DNA of 64,000 nt from Candidatus Doudnabacteria bacterium RIFCSPHIGHO2_12_FULL_48_16 (GCA_001780035.1 MFEY01000007.1:6212-70211), one strand, 5' to 3'. Counted from the stretch's first letter, positions 18,928 to 28,172 are shown. Notes: generated by a model not told the origin, from the letters alone. Translations and numbers: made by a program.

Positions 18928-19655
18928 TTTAATTCTTTAATTTTCTTAATTAAATTTTCTGGATACCAAACTGGTCCGATTATAACTGGTGCTATTGAAT
19001 TATAATCTGTTGTTCGCAGAACCACATTACCACTTTTGGAATCAGATAATTTAGCCAAAGATCCTAACACAGCGGTCGCTGGTATCGTCCGGCCCCGTGT
19101 TGAAATCATCTGCCAATAAGAAAACTTGGTTGGATAAATTTCAGTAATATTTTTGATATAAATCGTGCGGAGATTATACATTAATGGCAGCAATCCTTTG
19201 ATCTCAACTCTGTCGCTATAAAGGATAAATTTTCTGGAAAATGCGCTAAAACCTAGAAAAATAATAATAATTAATATAACCAATCCGACTATTAATAACC
19301 TTATATCCAGTTGATCAAATGCTTTAAGTGCTCCATACAGAATAAATACACTCATAAAGCCAAAATATCCTAATACCACATAAAATCCGGATCTATCTTG
19401 CTTAATTTCAATCCCGTTCGTAATGAACTCATATTTATCAGCTGTCTTATTTTGTTCTTGAGGTATATTGCCCAGGCCAGAAAAGAAAAGAATCGCGCCC
19501 AACACCATCATAAAAATGCCGACAATTTGCAAATTCTCGTTTGGTTTTAATCCCCAAACCAATACTGCTCCGGCAATGGCGAAAATTAAACCAAATAAAA
19601 TTAACGTTTTAGATGAGATAAATTCTGACTTCTGTTCCATATTACTCTTTCCCAA
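18924..19655 (-). CDS. Polytopic membrane protein with a possible bacterial PH-like (YdbT/DUF304-like) segment
   Basis: 243 aa with several transmembrane helices. Its stop overlaps the start of 18322-18927 by 4 nt. Confidence 0.35.
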   Translation of the reverse strand: MGKSNMEQKSEFISSKTLILFGLIFAIAGAVLVWGLKPNENLQIVGIFMMVLGAILFFSGLGNIPQEQNKTADKYEFITNGIEIKQDRSGFYVVLGYFGFMSVFILYGALKAFDQLDIRLLIVGLVILIIIIFLGFSAFSRKFILYSDRVEIKGLLPLMYNLRTIYIKNITEIYPTKFSYWQMISTRGRTIPATAVLGSLAKLSDSKSGNVVLRTTDYNSIAPVIIGPVWYPENLIKKIKELK

Positions 19656-20733
19656 TTAAGATTGCCTGCTCCACAAAGCGGTTGGCATAGCCGAATTCAT
19701 TGTCATACCAGGCCACAACCTTAACCATATCGCCGTCGACCACTTGGGTCAGGGACAAATCAACTACCGCGGAGTGCGGGTTACCAATGATATCAGAAGA
19801 AACGATTGGATCGGTCGTAACTTCCAGAATGTTTTTCCACATCGGATGCTTGGCCATCTCAATAAAAGCGTTGTTCACTTCCTCAACCGTGGTTCTTTTG
19901 TTCAACAGCGCGGTAAAATCTGAAAGAGAACCGCAGGCCACCGGCACCCGGAATGCAATTCCGCCAAACTCACCCTTGAGCTCCGGGATAACTTCAGTCG
20001 CCGCGATCGAGGCGCCGGTCGAGGTCGGTGTGATGTTGAAACCGGCGGCGCGCATTCGGCGCAGATCTTTATGCAATGGCGGCGGCGGCCCATCCACCAA
20101 ATTCTGCTCCACGGTCAGGGCATGAATCGTCGACATCATCATTTTTTTGACGCCAAACTTGCTATGCAGAATGGCTGCCACCGGCGTGATACAGTTGGTG
20201 GTGCAAGAGGCGTTGGAAATCACATTCTGGCCTTTGTATTGATCGCTGTTGACCCCCAAAATAAACGTCGGGGTAATTCCATCATCTTTCGCCGGGGCGG
20301 AAATAATGACTTTTTTGGCGCCGGCTTTGAGGTGAGCGGAGGCCAGCTCGGTGGTAATAAATCGGCCAGTCGATTCCAGCACCACGTCCACATTTAAATC
20401 CCGCCAGGGCAGCATAGCCGGGTCTTTTTCGGCGAAAATCGGAGTTTTCCGGCCATCGACGGTCAGTGTCCCGGCCGAAGAAATCAACGGGTTGGCTTTT
20501 TCTTTTTTGGTATCAAAACTCACCGGCTTGTCGTAAACGCCGTAGACCGAATCGTATTTTAAAAGGTTGGCCAGCACATCCGGTTCGGTCAGATCGTTGA
20601 TGGCCACCACCTGCAGTTCGGGTTTGGTCAGGGCAATTTTAAAGGCCTGCCTCCCGATCCGGCCAAATCCGTTGATCGCTATGCGAATTTTGCTCGCCCC
20701 GTTAGATTTTACAGAATTTTTATCGTTAATCAT
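19642..20733 (-). CDS. gap: Glyceraldehyde-3-phosphate dehydrogenase, type I
   Basis: INGFGRIGR Rossmann motif and the ASCTTNC active site. The N-terminal 14 aa (MINDKNSVKSNGAS) are encoded by the IR-A2 element, so the ancestral start is probably near KIRIAINGFGRIGR. Confidence 0.9.
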   Translation of the reverse strand: MINDKNSVKSNGASKIRIAINGFGRIGRQAFKIALTKPELQVVAINDLTEPDVLANLLKYDSVYGVYDKPVSFDTKKEKANPLISSAGTLTVDGRKTPIFAEKDPAMLPWRDLNVDVVLESTGRFITTELASAHLKAGAKKVIISAPAKDDGITPTFILGVNSDQYKGQNVISNASCTTNCITPVAAILHSKFGVKKMMMSTIHALTVEQNLVDGPPPPLHKDLRRMRAAGFNITPTSTGASIAATEVIPELKGEFGGIAFRVPVACGSLSDFTALLNKRTTVEEVNNAFIEMAKHPMWKNILEVTTDPIVSSDIIGNPHSAVVDLSLTQVVDGDMVKVVAWYDNEFGYANRFVEQAILIGKE

Positions 20734-20782
20734 AAGTTATCATCCCCGTATTGATTTTTCTAAAAAATCTAACGGGGTGAAT
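20697..20782 (-). mobile_element. IR-A2 element, copy 2, at the 5-prime end of gap
   Basis: Arms CCCCGTTAGATTTT / AAAATCTAACGGGG. The interior is homologous to the 42555-42637 copy, including an ATG that is in frame with gap. Confidence 0.5.
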
Positions 20783-20905
20783 TTATTTTACAATAGTTAA
20801 AAGAAACGCTGCCACAAACAGAGCCCACGCCATAAAAATGATATGTTCGGTGGGGTCCGAGAAATGGAAGTATTCATGCAATTTTTTGGTCTGCTTTTTT
20901 GCCAT
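20783..20905 (-). CDS. Possible 40-aa small membrane peptide
   Basis: MAKKQTKKLHEYFHFSDPTEHIIFMAWALFVAAFLLTIVK ends in a single hydrophobic helix. It sits between fba and gap. This is a weak call. Confidence 0.2.
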   Translation of the reverse strand: MAKKQTKKLHEYFHFSDPTEHIIFMAWALFVAAFLLTIVK

Positions 20906-20938
20906 TTGAATTATTCCTGGTGAATTAATTATTATTTT

Positions 20939-21820
20939 CTAAATTTGGTTGCTTGTTTTCAAAACCTTCAGCTTGTGTTCGGCGACCTTTTGTAAGGCGT
21001 CAGTCGCGGGGGCCAGGAGTTTTCGCGGATCATAGATTTGAGGATTCTTTTTGAGATTGGCCCTTAAAGCTTTGTTAAATGCCACTCGCAGATCGGTATC
21101 GATATTGAACACGGCGACATTAAATTTGATTGCCGCCCGCAGCTGGGCATCGGGCACGCCGGACGCGCCATGCACGACCAGGGGAATTTTGACCTTCTGC
21201 CGGATCGCGGCCAGACGTTTGAGATCGATATGCTCCCTCAGGGTGGTTAAAACTTTTTTAATTCGCGGATCAATCGGAATGCCGTGCATCGACCCCACGG
21301 CTACCGCCAGCGTATCGATTCGGGTTTGAGCCACAAAATCCGCGGCCTGATCCGGATCTGTCATCAAATCTTCCCCCGATTTCACGTTTTGCCAATCTTC
21401 GTTGCCGAGGATCCGGCCGAGTTCGGCCTGGACCCAGACTCCCCGCTTGTGCGCGTAAGCAACCACTTGTTTGGTCAGCTTCAAATTTTCTTTGTAGGGC
21501 AAATGCGAGGCATCAATCATGACCGAGCTATAACCGAGATCGATTAATTTTTTTAATAAATTAAAATCATGGCAATGATCCTGATGCAGAGCAATCGGCA
21601 CGCGGGCTTGCCGCGCTTCGGTTTTGATCAAACCAACCAGTTCTTCGATCCCGGCGTATTCGAGAGCGCCAACCGAGGTCTGGATGATGATTGGAGCTTT
21701 CTGCGCTTGTGCGGCTCTTACGATCCCCAGTGTGGTTTCCAAATCCTGGGTGTTGAATGCCGGCACGGCATATTTGCCGAGCATGTGTCTGTTGATCAGT
21801 TTGCCAATATGGACGAGCAT
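20939..21820 (-). CDS. fba: Fructose-bisphosphate aldolase, class II
   Basis: Class II FBA metal-binding motifs (…IALHQDHCHDF…, …HGASG…). 293 aa. Confidence 0.9.
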   Translation of the reverse strand: MLVHIGKLINRHMLGKYAVPAFNTQDLETTLGIVRAAQAQKAPIIIQTSVGALEYAGIEELVGLIKTEARQARVPIALHQDHCHDFNLLKKLIDLGYSSVMIDASHLPYKENLKLTKQVVAYAHKRGVWVQAELGRILGNEDWQNVKSGEDLMTDPDQAADFVAQTRIDTLAVAVGSMHGIPIDPRIKKVLTTLREHIDLKRLAAIRQKVKIPLVVHGASGVPDAQLRAAIKFNVAVFNIDTDLRVAFNKALRANLKKNPQIYDPRKLLAPATDALQKVAEHKLKVLKTSNQI

Positions 21821-22027
21821 TTAGAATTTGATTCCGGCCTTAAAGATATCCATCAGGCTGGGCAGTTTGGGGTTGCCGGCCTTGGGCTTGCAAACAGCAT
21901 AAATCAATTTGTATTCGCAATTAAAATTCTTCGCGGTCGAGGCGGTTAGGCCGCGCCAAAATATGAAGCCGAGCACTATTACTACAACCAGGATAATTCG
22001 ATTTCTCATTTTTTTCTTGATGTACAT
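21821..22027 (-). CDS. Small hypothetical secreted or membrane protein
   Basis: 68 aa with an N-terminal hydrophobic segment. Its stop abuts the fba start. Confidence 0.3.
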   Translation of the reverse strand: MYIKKKMRNRIILVVVIVLGFIFWRGLTASTAKNFNCEYKLIYAVCKPKAGNPKLPSLMDIFKAGIKF

Positions 22028-22032
22028 ATTAA

Positions 22033-22839
22033 TTATTGTATTTCAAGGGTGGATAATAGCTTTTGAAACTCAAGTTTCTTATGAGCTAAATCTGGATCCT
22101 TATCAGGATTTGGGATATAGAGCTCGAAGGCAATTCCTGAAAAATCCTTCGATGACTTGAGATTAAAAATAGCACCATAACGCCAGGGATAATACCACTC
22201 CATCCCGACGTAAGTTATAGGGTCAATAAAAATACCTGTAGTATTCACACCTGTAACCTCACTAATTAATTTGGAATCAAGCAGATATTTGGTGTTTTGA
22301 ATATATTTGAAGTAATATGCTGTAAGATTTTTAACGTAACCTGTACTATCAAAAAATTGTCCACCTCGATTAGTCTGGAAATCGGAACTAATGCCACCAA
22401 ATAATGCATAACGACTGTTTTGCCCTGGTGGTTTATAATATGCAGCAAATGTTTTCCCTTTGACCTGATCGGGATAAGATGTGTACCCGTAAGTTTCACC
22501 ATTTTTAATTTCGAGGGATATCTCGCCCCAATCGGATGGATATTCAAACTTTACCCCAAGCTCTTTACTTTCAAATGTCTTCCAGTTCAAGGTGTCATTT
22601 GTAGTTTCGGATTTTCTACAATTAGTTCCAGCATCAGGAAAATTGTCTTCCGGGATACAGGTATATCCAGAAGTCGGACAAGGAATGCCGGCAACACTAC
22701 CGCAAAAAATTTCACCTTTGTCTTGGTGGACCACTGGGCCTGGGATCGCCTGGTGCGCCACCTGCCAATAATAAAGCACTGACACGACTGCCGCGCCGAT
22801 CGCCACCAGAAATATGATTCCTAAAACTTTGTATTTCAT
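22033..22839 (-). CDS. Membrane-anchored extracytoplasmic protein, same family, paralog 2
   Basis: LNWKTFESKELGVKFEYPSDW motif with an N-terminal transmembrane segment. Its ATG overlaps the TGA of the upstream AbrB-like gene (ATGA). Confidence 0.5.
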   Translation of the reverse strand: MKYKVLGIIFLVAIGAAVVSVLYYWQVAHQAIPGPVVHQDKGEIFCGSVAGIPCPTSGYTCIPEDNFPDAGTNCRKSETTNDTLNWKTFESKELGVKFEYPSDWGEISLEIKNGETYGYTSYPDQVKGKTFAAYYKPPGQNSRYALFGGISSDFQTNRGGQFFDSTGYVKNLTAYYFKYIQNTKYLLDSKLISEVTGVNTTGIFIDPITYVGMEWYYPWRYGAIFNLKSSKDFSGIAFELYIPNPDKDPDLAHKKLEFQKLLSTLEIQ

Positions 22840-23009
22840 TTGGTTTTCTTATGTTTCGTCATGGCGTCCCGGATCGAAATGCCCCGGGGCATACGCTTCA
22901 CCAAAACCCTTTGTCGCTCGCGCCAGCCCAAGGTTTTCAGTAATTCTTTTGGAATTACAACGGCCAATGATCTTTTGCCAACTCTGGTTACTTTATAAAC
23001 GTTTTTCAT
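22836..23009 (-). CDS. AbrB/MazE/SpoVT-family small protein (57 aa, not in the ORF track)
   Basis: MKNVYKVTRVGKRSLAVVIPKELLKTLGWRERQRVLVKRMPRGISIRDAMTKHKKTK is a paralog of 18100-18279. It is translationally coupled to the downstream family member. Confidence 0.5.
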   Translation of the reverse strand: MKNVYKVTRVGKRSLAVVIPKELLKTLGWRERQRVLVKRMPRGISIRDAMTKHKKTK

Positions 23010-23092
23010 TTGCTTTTGCTACGTAGCATGCTACGTAATTATATTATTTTTTAGGGAGTTTTCTCGAAGCCAATTAGCAAGCTATCTAACAT

Positions 23093-23818
23093 TTATTTAC
23101 TAAATTTAAATGTTGAGAAAATTTGATTAAGCAAATCCATTCGGCCGGAAATATGATATACACGTCCACTTAATTCTGTTAAATAGTCTGAATCACCGAG
23201 TTTCGTCCAAGAAATTCCGTAATAATTTGCAGACGTTTCTGTTTTATTTTTTAAATACTGGTTATCTCTTTTCACTATTGCGAGTTGTGAATTATAAACA
23301 TCAACCCGGGCATTGAAATCTTGTACCGGATACCTCTCAAATATCGCCACAAAAGTTCGAGAATCTGGCATATAGTCAATAGAACTAGCTGGATATTCTT
23401 TTGCTGTCCAGGTTTTTGGATATTGGAACTCAAAACTATATTTTTCGCTGCAGTAAGTCTTAAATTCTCGAGTTTCAACAATACCTGTACAGAAATTGGT
23501 TGTACTTTCATGATGTATAATCTCGGATATAGATTTATCTGGCAAAAATTTTATCAGTAACACTAAACTTACAATACCAAGACCTAATAACGTTACCAAG
23601 ACCGAAGTTAATTTTGATTTCTTCCGCAATTGCCATGCAAATAGCATAAGCAGTATTACAAACATCAACGCTAGTAAATCTAAATTTTCAGTCAACCAAT
23701 TGCCTGAATTATCGCTAAAAGATGTCACTAGAACTAAAAAGAATACGAATCCGCCAAAAATAATCAGTCCAATTACGAACCAAAACCATCCTTCGTTCTT
23801 CTGATCTTGTGGGTTCAT
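23093..23818 (-). CDS. Membrane-anchored extracytoplasmic protein, same family, paralog 3
   Basis: …EFKTYCSEKYSFEFQYPKTW… and a C-terminus …IFSTFKFSK. Confidence 0.5.
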   Translation of the reverse strand: MNPQDQKNEGWFWFVIGLIIFGGFVFFLVLVTSFSDNSGNWLTENLDLLALMFVILLMLFAWQLRKKSKLTSVLVTLLGLGIVSLVLLIKFLPDKSISEIIHHESTTNFCTGIVETREFKTYCSEKYSFEFQYPKTWTAKEYPASSIDYMPDSRTFVAIFERYPVQDFNARVDVYNSQLAIVKRDNQYLKNKTETSANYYGISWTKLGDSDYLTELSGRVYHISGRMDLLNQIFSTFKFSK

Positions 23819-23906
23819 AAGCTATATTTCCCTTGCTCTAAATTTCGGATGCTTTTTCATATAGGCTTCGATTTCCGGAATTTTTATGATAAATGCTTTC
23901 ATAAAA

Positions 23907-24752
23907 TCAATAAAATTTGAAGCTGGAAAGGATTTGATTGATAGTTTCAATGTTATTAACAAATACTTGTCCTGCGGTGAAAACTTGCACTTCAACCACT
24001 TTTTGCTCATGCTCAAAGAAATAAAGATTACCACCACCAAAAACATTAGGTCCAGCTTCCGCCTTATATCCAATATTATCCCCGACTATTATCCTCTCCG
24101 CATTTATGATATAAGGATCTGGTCCTAAAGAATATTTGCTTATAAAATCATTTAAGTCTTTTGTTCCCAATTTTTTCCAGTCAAGTTGTGAAAGTTGAGA
24201 ATATAGAGTGGCTCTAAATAAGTAAGGTAAATCCGTGTCGACATGACTACTGGAAGAAACAGAAGGAGGATCAGCTAACAAGACATCAGCTCCCCTATTC
24301 GACAGGCTAGTTTGAAAATGCCAATCGCCTGGATACTTAAGCTCAAAACCGTATTTCTCATCCCTATATACTTTCCAATTCCCGGTTTCAGCAGCCTCCT
24401 TGGCCTTCCTTTGTTGTATTAGTTGGTCAGCATTATATAAAAAACTGTTTTGTGTACTTATGTTTTGCAAATACGAAATAGCGCCAAGTACTATTCCCAC
24501 AATTAATAATAAAACGGCATATTTAAAAATTTTCTTCCTGATATTTTCTTTCTTTATGGGGAGATCATGTGCTCCAACGAGTAATAATAGTCCTACCAAA
24601 AGCAACATGATAAGTATAAGATAGTTTCCTCCTGAATCGAGTTCTCCTAAAGCAGTCTTGACATAAAACCAAAAAGCAATTGATCCAAGGGCCAAAATAA
24701 CGAATGAAACGCCAATGATATATAATATAGTTTTTATCATTTTTATATTCAT
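23907..24752 (-). CDS. Membrane-anchored extracytoplasmic protein, same family, paralog 4
   Basis: …NWKVYRDEKYGFELKYPGDW… and a C-terminus …ILSSFKFY. Two N-terminal transmembrane helices. Confidence 0.5.
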   Translation of the reverse strand: MNIKMIKTILYIIGVSFVILALGSIAFWFYVKTALGELDSGGNYLILIMLLLVGLLLLVGAHDLPIKKENIRKKIFKYAVLLLIVGIVLGAISYLQNISTQNSFLYNADQLIQQRKAKEAAETGNWKVYRDEKYGFELKYPGDWHFQTSLSNRGADVLLADPPSVSSSSHVDTDLPYLFRATLYSQLSQLDWKKLGTKDLNDFISKYSLGPDPYIINAERIIVGDNIGYKAEAGPNVFGGGNLYFFEHEQKVVEVQVFTAGQVFVNNIETINQILSSFKFY

Positions 24753-24755
24753 AAT

Positions 24756-25196
24756 CTATATTTCTCTGGCTCGAAATTTCGGATGCGTCTTTAAATATTT
24801 TTCAATCTGCGGCCTGGTCTGTAGCCCGGCATGCGGCCCGATATGCATCACGACATTGCCGCCGTTTATAGTTCCCCAGGCCATAGCTTCTCCGACATTT
24901 TTTCCGTAAAAAATCGCGGCAGTAAATGCGGTGCCAAACGCGTCCCCGGCTCCGGTGGCTTCGATATGCGGGCCTACAAATTCATCCATTTTAAGCTGGC
25001 TACCAACCGCATCCAAGACTTCTGCGTCTATTTTATCTACAAGCTGAGACAAAATCGCGTCAAAACCCGCTGTTTCCAGCTTTAGTTCGTCTTTAGACAA
25101 TGGCCTATCCAAAGAGGATACTTTTACATCATGACCGGCCTGAGCCAATAAATCCAAACCTGTTTGTGGAATTTTTCTTGTAACGAATATTTTCAT
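24756..25196 (-). pseudogene. Chimeric gene remnant: an N-terminal fragment of a D-2-hydroxyacid dehydrogenase fused to the C-terminal third of a PfkB kinase
   Basis: MKIFVTRKIPQTGLDLLAQAGHDVKV…DKIDAEVLDAVGSQLK looks like a 2-Hacid_dh N-terminus. It is followed by GPHIEATGAGDAFGTAF…YLKTHPKFRAREI, which matches the last roughly 75 aa of the pfkB product at 25637-26611. A third 13-aa copy (…YMKKHPKFRAREI) ends ORF 23822-24073. Confidence 0.45.
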
Positions 25197-25208
25197 AGAA
25201 TTTTTTCT

Positions 25209-25317
25209 GTCTTTGCGAGGAGGAACGTCTGACGTTCCGACGAAACAATCTCTGGAAGAGATCGCCGCGCGACTGCCGAGAATAATACTTATTGATAAAG
25301 CAGTCGCTCGCGAAGAC
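25209..25317. repeat. IR-B element, copy b
   Basis: gtctttgcgaggagg … cgctcgcgaagac, with internal hairpins ggaacgtctgacgttcc and caatctctggaagagatcg. Confidence 0.5.
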
Positions 25318-25359
25318 GTAATTTATTGATTAATTTTTCTTGTGACAAATATTTTCATG

Positions 25360-25635
25360 TTAAATCAAGGAGTTGAATATATTTTTCCAGATATTAAAGG
25401 TTAAAACCACGAAAGAAACAATAAACAACAATGCCCCCGGTATAAATTGCCTTCTCATAAAAATAGCGCCACCATACAGCAAACCAAATAACGCCAGTGG
25501 ATAAAGAAAAATAGCGATCATGAGTTTGCCGTAATCGATAAATCCAATCTCTCCGCGTAAACCAAAAAACATTAGCAACTCAACAGCTGACAATACTAAA
25601 GGCAAAACCCAATTTAGCAACATCTCTTTTTTCAT
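25360..25635 (-). CDS. Small two-helix membrane protein
   Basis: 91 aa, hydrophobic throughout. Confidence 0.3.
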   Translation of the reverse strand: MKKEMLLNWVLPLVLSAVELLMFFGLRGEIGFIDYGKLMIAIFLYPLALFGLLYGGAIFMRRQFIPGALLFIVSFVVLTFNIWKNIFNSLI

Positions 25636-25636
25636 C

Positions 25637-26611
25637 TTAAATCTCCCGCGCCCTAAACTTAGGGTGCTTATTCAGATAATTCTCGATCTGCGCTCTAGTT
25701 TGCAATCCTTTGTGCGGTCCCACATGCATTACCACATTGCCGCCGTTGATCGTGCCCCAGGCGATGGCTTCGCTGACAGGTTTACCCAAGGCAATGGCTG
25801 CGGTAAACGCGGTTGAGTAGGCATCACCCGCCCCGGTGGCTTCGATATGCGGGCCCGGATATTCATCCAGATACCAAACGCGGGTCTGGCCCGAAGCATA
25901 AGACCCCTGCCGGCCGTCAGTCAGCACGGCAATTTTGGCGCCCAGCTTGTGCATGCCTTTGAGCAATGTTTTAACATTGCGCGTATTTTCCTTCAGCACC
26001 AGCTGCGCTTCTTCCCGATTGAGGAACAAAATTTCCGTGCGCTTGTAAATCCCGTTCAGTTTTGAAGCCCCCATCCGCATCTGGAACGTGCCGGGGTTGA
26101 ACGACAACCTGATTTTGGAATTTCGGTTCAAAAAACTTTCGATCTCCTTGTGAAATTTCTCGGTGCCGGCAGCCATGGAGGAAAAATAAATCCAATCGGT
26201 ATTCAGTTTCGGCAATTTATAAGCGAACTTGTTGTGCTTAATCAAGATCGTGCGCTCACCCTGAAACGACAGGACGAAATGGAAATTGGTCAAGACGCCC
26301 TGGTTGGCATGGATAAACTGCGTGTCGATTCCTTCGGCCTTCAGCTCCCGGACAATCTTACGGCCGTTTTCATCATCGCCGACCGAGGTCACAAACGCGT
26401 TACGCAAGCCGAGGCGAGCCGAACCCACGGCATTATTGGTCGAATTGCCGGCCGGGAGCATGGTCAAGCTTTCATAAGGAACTTTATCCGCATAAGAAAG
26501 ACAAAGCTGGCAGTTGGTATGGTCAACTGAGCAATGAACCGACGCCTCGTGCAGTTCAATAAACGCATCGATGGTCGTATCACCAATTGAAACTATGTCG
26601 TATTTCGGCAC
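25637..26611 (-). CDS. PfkB-family carbohydrate kinase (ribokinase/fructokinase-like)
   Basis: …VGDDENG… and a C-terminal GAGDAYSTAF…TINGGNV motif. 324 aa. Confidence 0.8.
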   Translation of the reverse strand: MPKYDIVSIGDTTIDAFIELHEASVHCSVDHTNCQLCLSYADKVPYESLTMLPAGNSTNNAVGSARLGLRNAFVTSVGDDENGRKIVRELKAEGIDTQFIHANQGVLTNFHFVLSFQGERTILIKHNKFAYKLPKLNTDWIYFSSMAAGTEKFHKEIESFLNRNSKIRLSFNPGTFQMRMGASKLNGIYKRTEILFLNREEAQLVLKENTRNVKTLLKGMHKLGAKIAVLTDGRQGSYASGQTRVWYLDEYPGPHIEATGAGDAYSTAFTAAIALGKPVSEAIAWGTINGGNVVMHVGPHKGLQTRAQIENYLNKHPKFRAREI

Positions 26612-26684
26612 TTTTTTGTTTCGGAAAGTTACTTTTACCTGTTTATTATAATGAATTGTTAAAAAATATGCAAATTAAAAAACC

Positions 26685-26781
26685 GTCTTTGCGAGGAGGC
26701 CAATTTTTGAGCCTTAACTTAGTGGCTGATGAAGCAATCTCTTTTCTCGTGATGAGATTGCTTCGTTTCGCTCGCAAAGAC
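26685..26781. repeat. IR-B element, copy c
   Basis: gtctttgcgaggagg…gaagcaatctcttttctcgtgatgagattgcttcg…cgctcgcaaagac. Confidence 0.55.
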
Positions 26782-26789
26782 AATCTTTT

Positions 26790-27821
26790 CTATCTTTTTC
26801 TCTGGATAACTTTCTTTACCGCCGCGATGATCGCTTTTGAATCCATACCCCACTTGGCAATCAGTTCGTTGGGTTCGCCGCTTTCGCCAAAGTGATCAGG
26901 CATACCCACAAATTCCTGCGGCACCGGGAAATTTCTGGATAAAACTTCCGCCACCGCGCCCCCAACGCCGCCGGTAATCTGGTGCTCTTCGGCGGAAACC
27001 ACACAGCCGGTTTTTTTCACAGAAGTAACCAGAGTTGGCTCATCGATCGGCTTGACCGAAACTAAGTTGATCACTTCGCATTCAATTCCTTCTTTCGACA
27101 GCTGGTCCGCGGCTTGGAGCGCGTAGTAAACTTGCGGCCCGGCCGCCGCGATCGTGCAATCCTTGCCTTGGCGGAAAATAAAAGCCCGGCCAATTTCAAA
27201 GGGCGTCTCTTCCGTGGTAAATTGGGGGGTTTTTTCTCTGGCCAGGCGGATATACACCGGCCCGTTGAATTTGGCGCTCGCAACGGTGGCCTTGCGGGCC
27301 TCCAGGGCGTCACACGGCACCAGCACGCTCATCCGCGGTAGGACGCGGGTCATGGCGATGTCTTCCATGGCCTGGTGCGTGGCGCCATCCGGCCCCACCG
27401 AAATACCCGCGTGGGAGCCCACGATTTTCACATTATTGCCAGAATAGCAGATCGAAACCCGGATCTGATCCCAGTTGCGCCCGGGCGAAAATGTGGCGTA
27501 GGATGTGATAAACGGAATCTTGCCTTCGTGGGCCATGCCAGCGCCAAGGCCCGCTAAGTTCTGTTCAGCCACGCCGACTTCCACGAACCGGTCCGGATAG
27601 GCCCGGGCGAATTCTTGCGAGCGGGTCGATTCGGTCAGATCGCAGCAAAGCACGATGACATTGGGATTTTCTTTGCCCAAAACCATAAGCCCATCGCCGT
27701 AACCGTTACGGATCGGGACTTGCTTGATATCGGGCGCAAATAAATTATCTGTTAATTTAGCTGGCATTTGTATCTTTGTTCTCGTGAATAAAGGCTTTGT
27801 ATTCGGATAATTTTTTATCAA
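26790..27821 (-). CDS. tktB: Transketolase C-terminal subunit (pyrimidine-binding and C-terminal domains)
   Basis: 343 aa covering the second half of transketolase (…GPDGATHQAMEDIA…). Together with 28173-29078 this is a split transketolase. Confidence 0.85.
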   Translation of the reverse strand: MIKNYPNTKPLFTRTKIQMPAKLTDNLFAPDIKQVPIRNGYGDGLMVLGKENPNVIVLCCDLTESTRSQEFARAYPDRFVEVGVAEQNLAGLGAGMAHEGKIPFITSYATFSPGRNWDQIRVSICYSGNNVKIVGSHAGISVGPDGATHQAMEDIAMTRVLPRMSVLVPCDALEARKATVASAKFNGPVYIRLAREKTPQFTTEETPFEIGRAFIFRQGKDCTIAAAGPQVYYALQAADQLSKEGIECEVINLVSVKPIDEPTLVTSVKKTGCVVSAEEHQITGGVGGAVAEVLSRNFPVPQEFVGMPDHFGESGEPNELIAKWGMDSKAIIAAVKKVIQRKR

Positions 27822-27960
27822 TCAATTCTAAATCATCACTTTTCATGGCTTCTTCCAAAACTAGCATTTTTTCATCTGCTAGATTTGTATATTTTTCATG
27901 CTCTTCGTCGCGGAACATGCGGCTCCGACGAGCGGCAAATTCTCTTCCTAATTCGCTCAT
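27757..27960 (-). CDS. Small hypothetical protein inserted between the two transketolase subunit genes
   Basis: 67 aa, charged and helical (…EEHEKYTNLADEKMLVLEEAMKSDDLELIDKKLSEYK…). Confidence 0.3.
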   Translation of the reverse strand: MSELGREFAARRSRMFRDEEHEKYTNLADEKMLVLEEAMKSDDLELIDKKLSEYKAFIHENKDTNAS

Positions 27961-28148
27961 GCCGCCTCCTCTTCAAAGGTCGGGTCAATGGCCCGAATCT
28001 CCCCGGTTAAAATACTCCTTTGCTCTTGAATTTCTTTGATCTTTGAGGTATCTCTGTCTTTTATAGCTTGGTCTAAATGCGGCTGCAAAGCATACCATTC
28101 TGTGAGTAATTCATCAATCCTTGAGCTACGTTCTGGTATTGTATTCAT
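27957..28148 (-). CDS. Small hypothetical coiled-coil protein inserted between the two transketolase subunit genes
   Basis: 63 aa (…IDELLTEWYALQPHLDQAIKDRDTSKIKEIQEQRSIL…). Its stop overlaps the next gene's start by 4 nt. Confidence 0.3.
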   Translation of the reverse strand: MNTIPERSSRIDELLTEWYALQPHLDQAIKDRDTSKIKEIQEQRSILTGEIRAIDPTFEEEAA

Positions 28149-28172
28149 AAATTATTTTTCCTTTCTTTGCGA

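Noticed and set aside
20783-20905. A 40-aa membrane peptide considered as a real gene
   Set aside because: Kept in the features only at very low confidence. It has no conservation evidence and overlaps the end of the IR-A2 element.
23822-24073. 83-aa ORF annotated between two paralog genes
   Set aside because: It overlaps the start of paralog 23907-24752. Only its last 13 aa (YMKKHPKFRAREI) are meaningful, as a remnant of the pfkB 3-prime end. It is a duplication scar, not a gene.
26587-26895. ORF of 102 aa on the plus strand
   Set aside because: It is translated straight through the IR-B repeat copy c, it is antisense to a strongly minus-strand locus, and it carries no domain signal.
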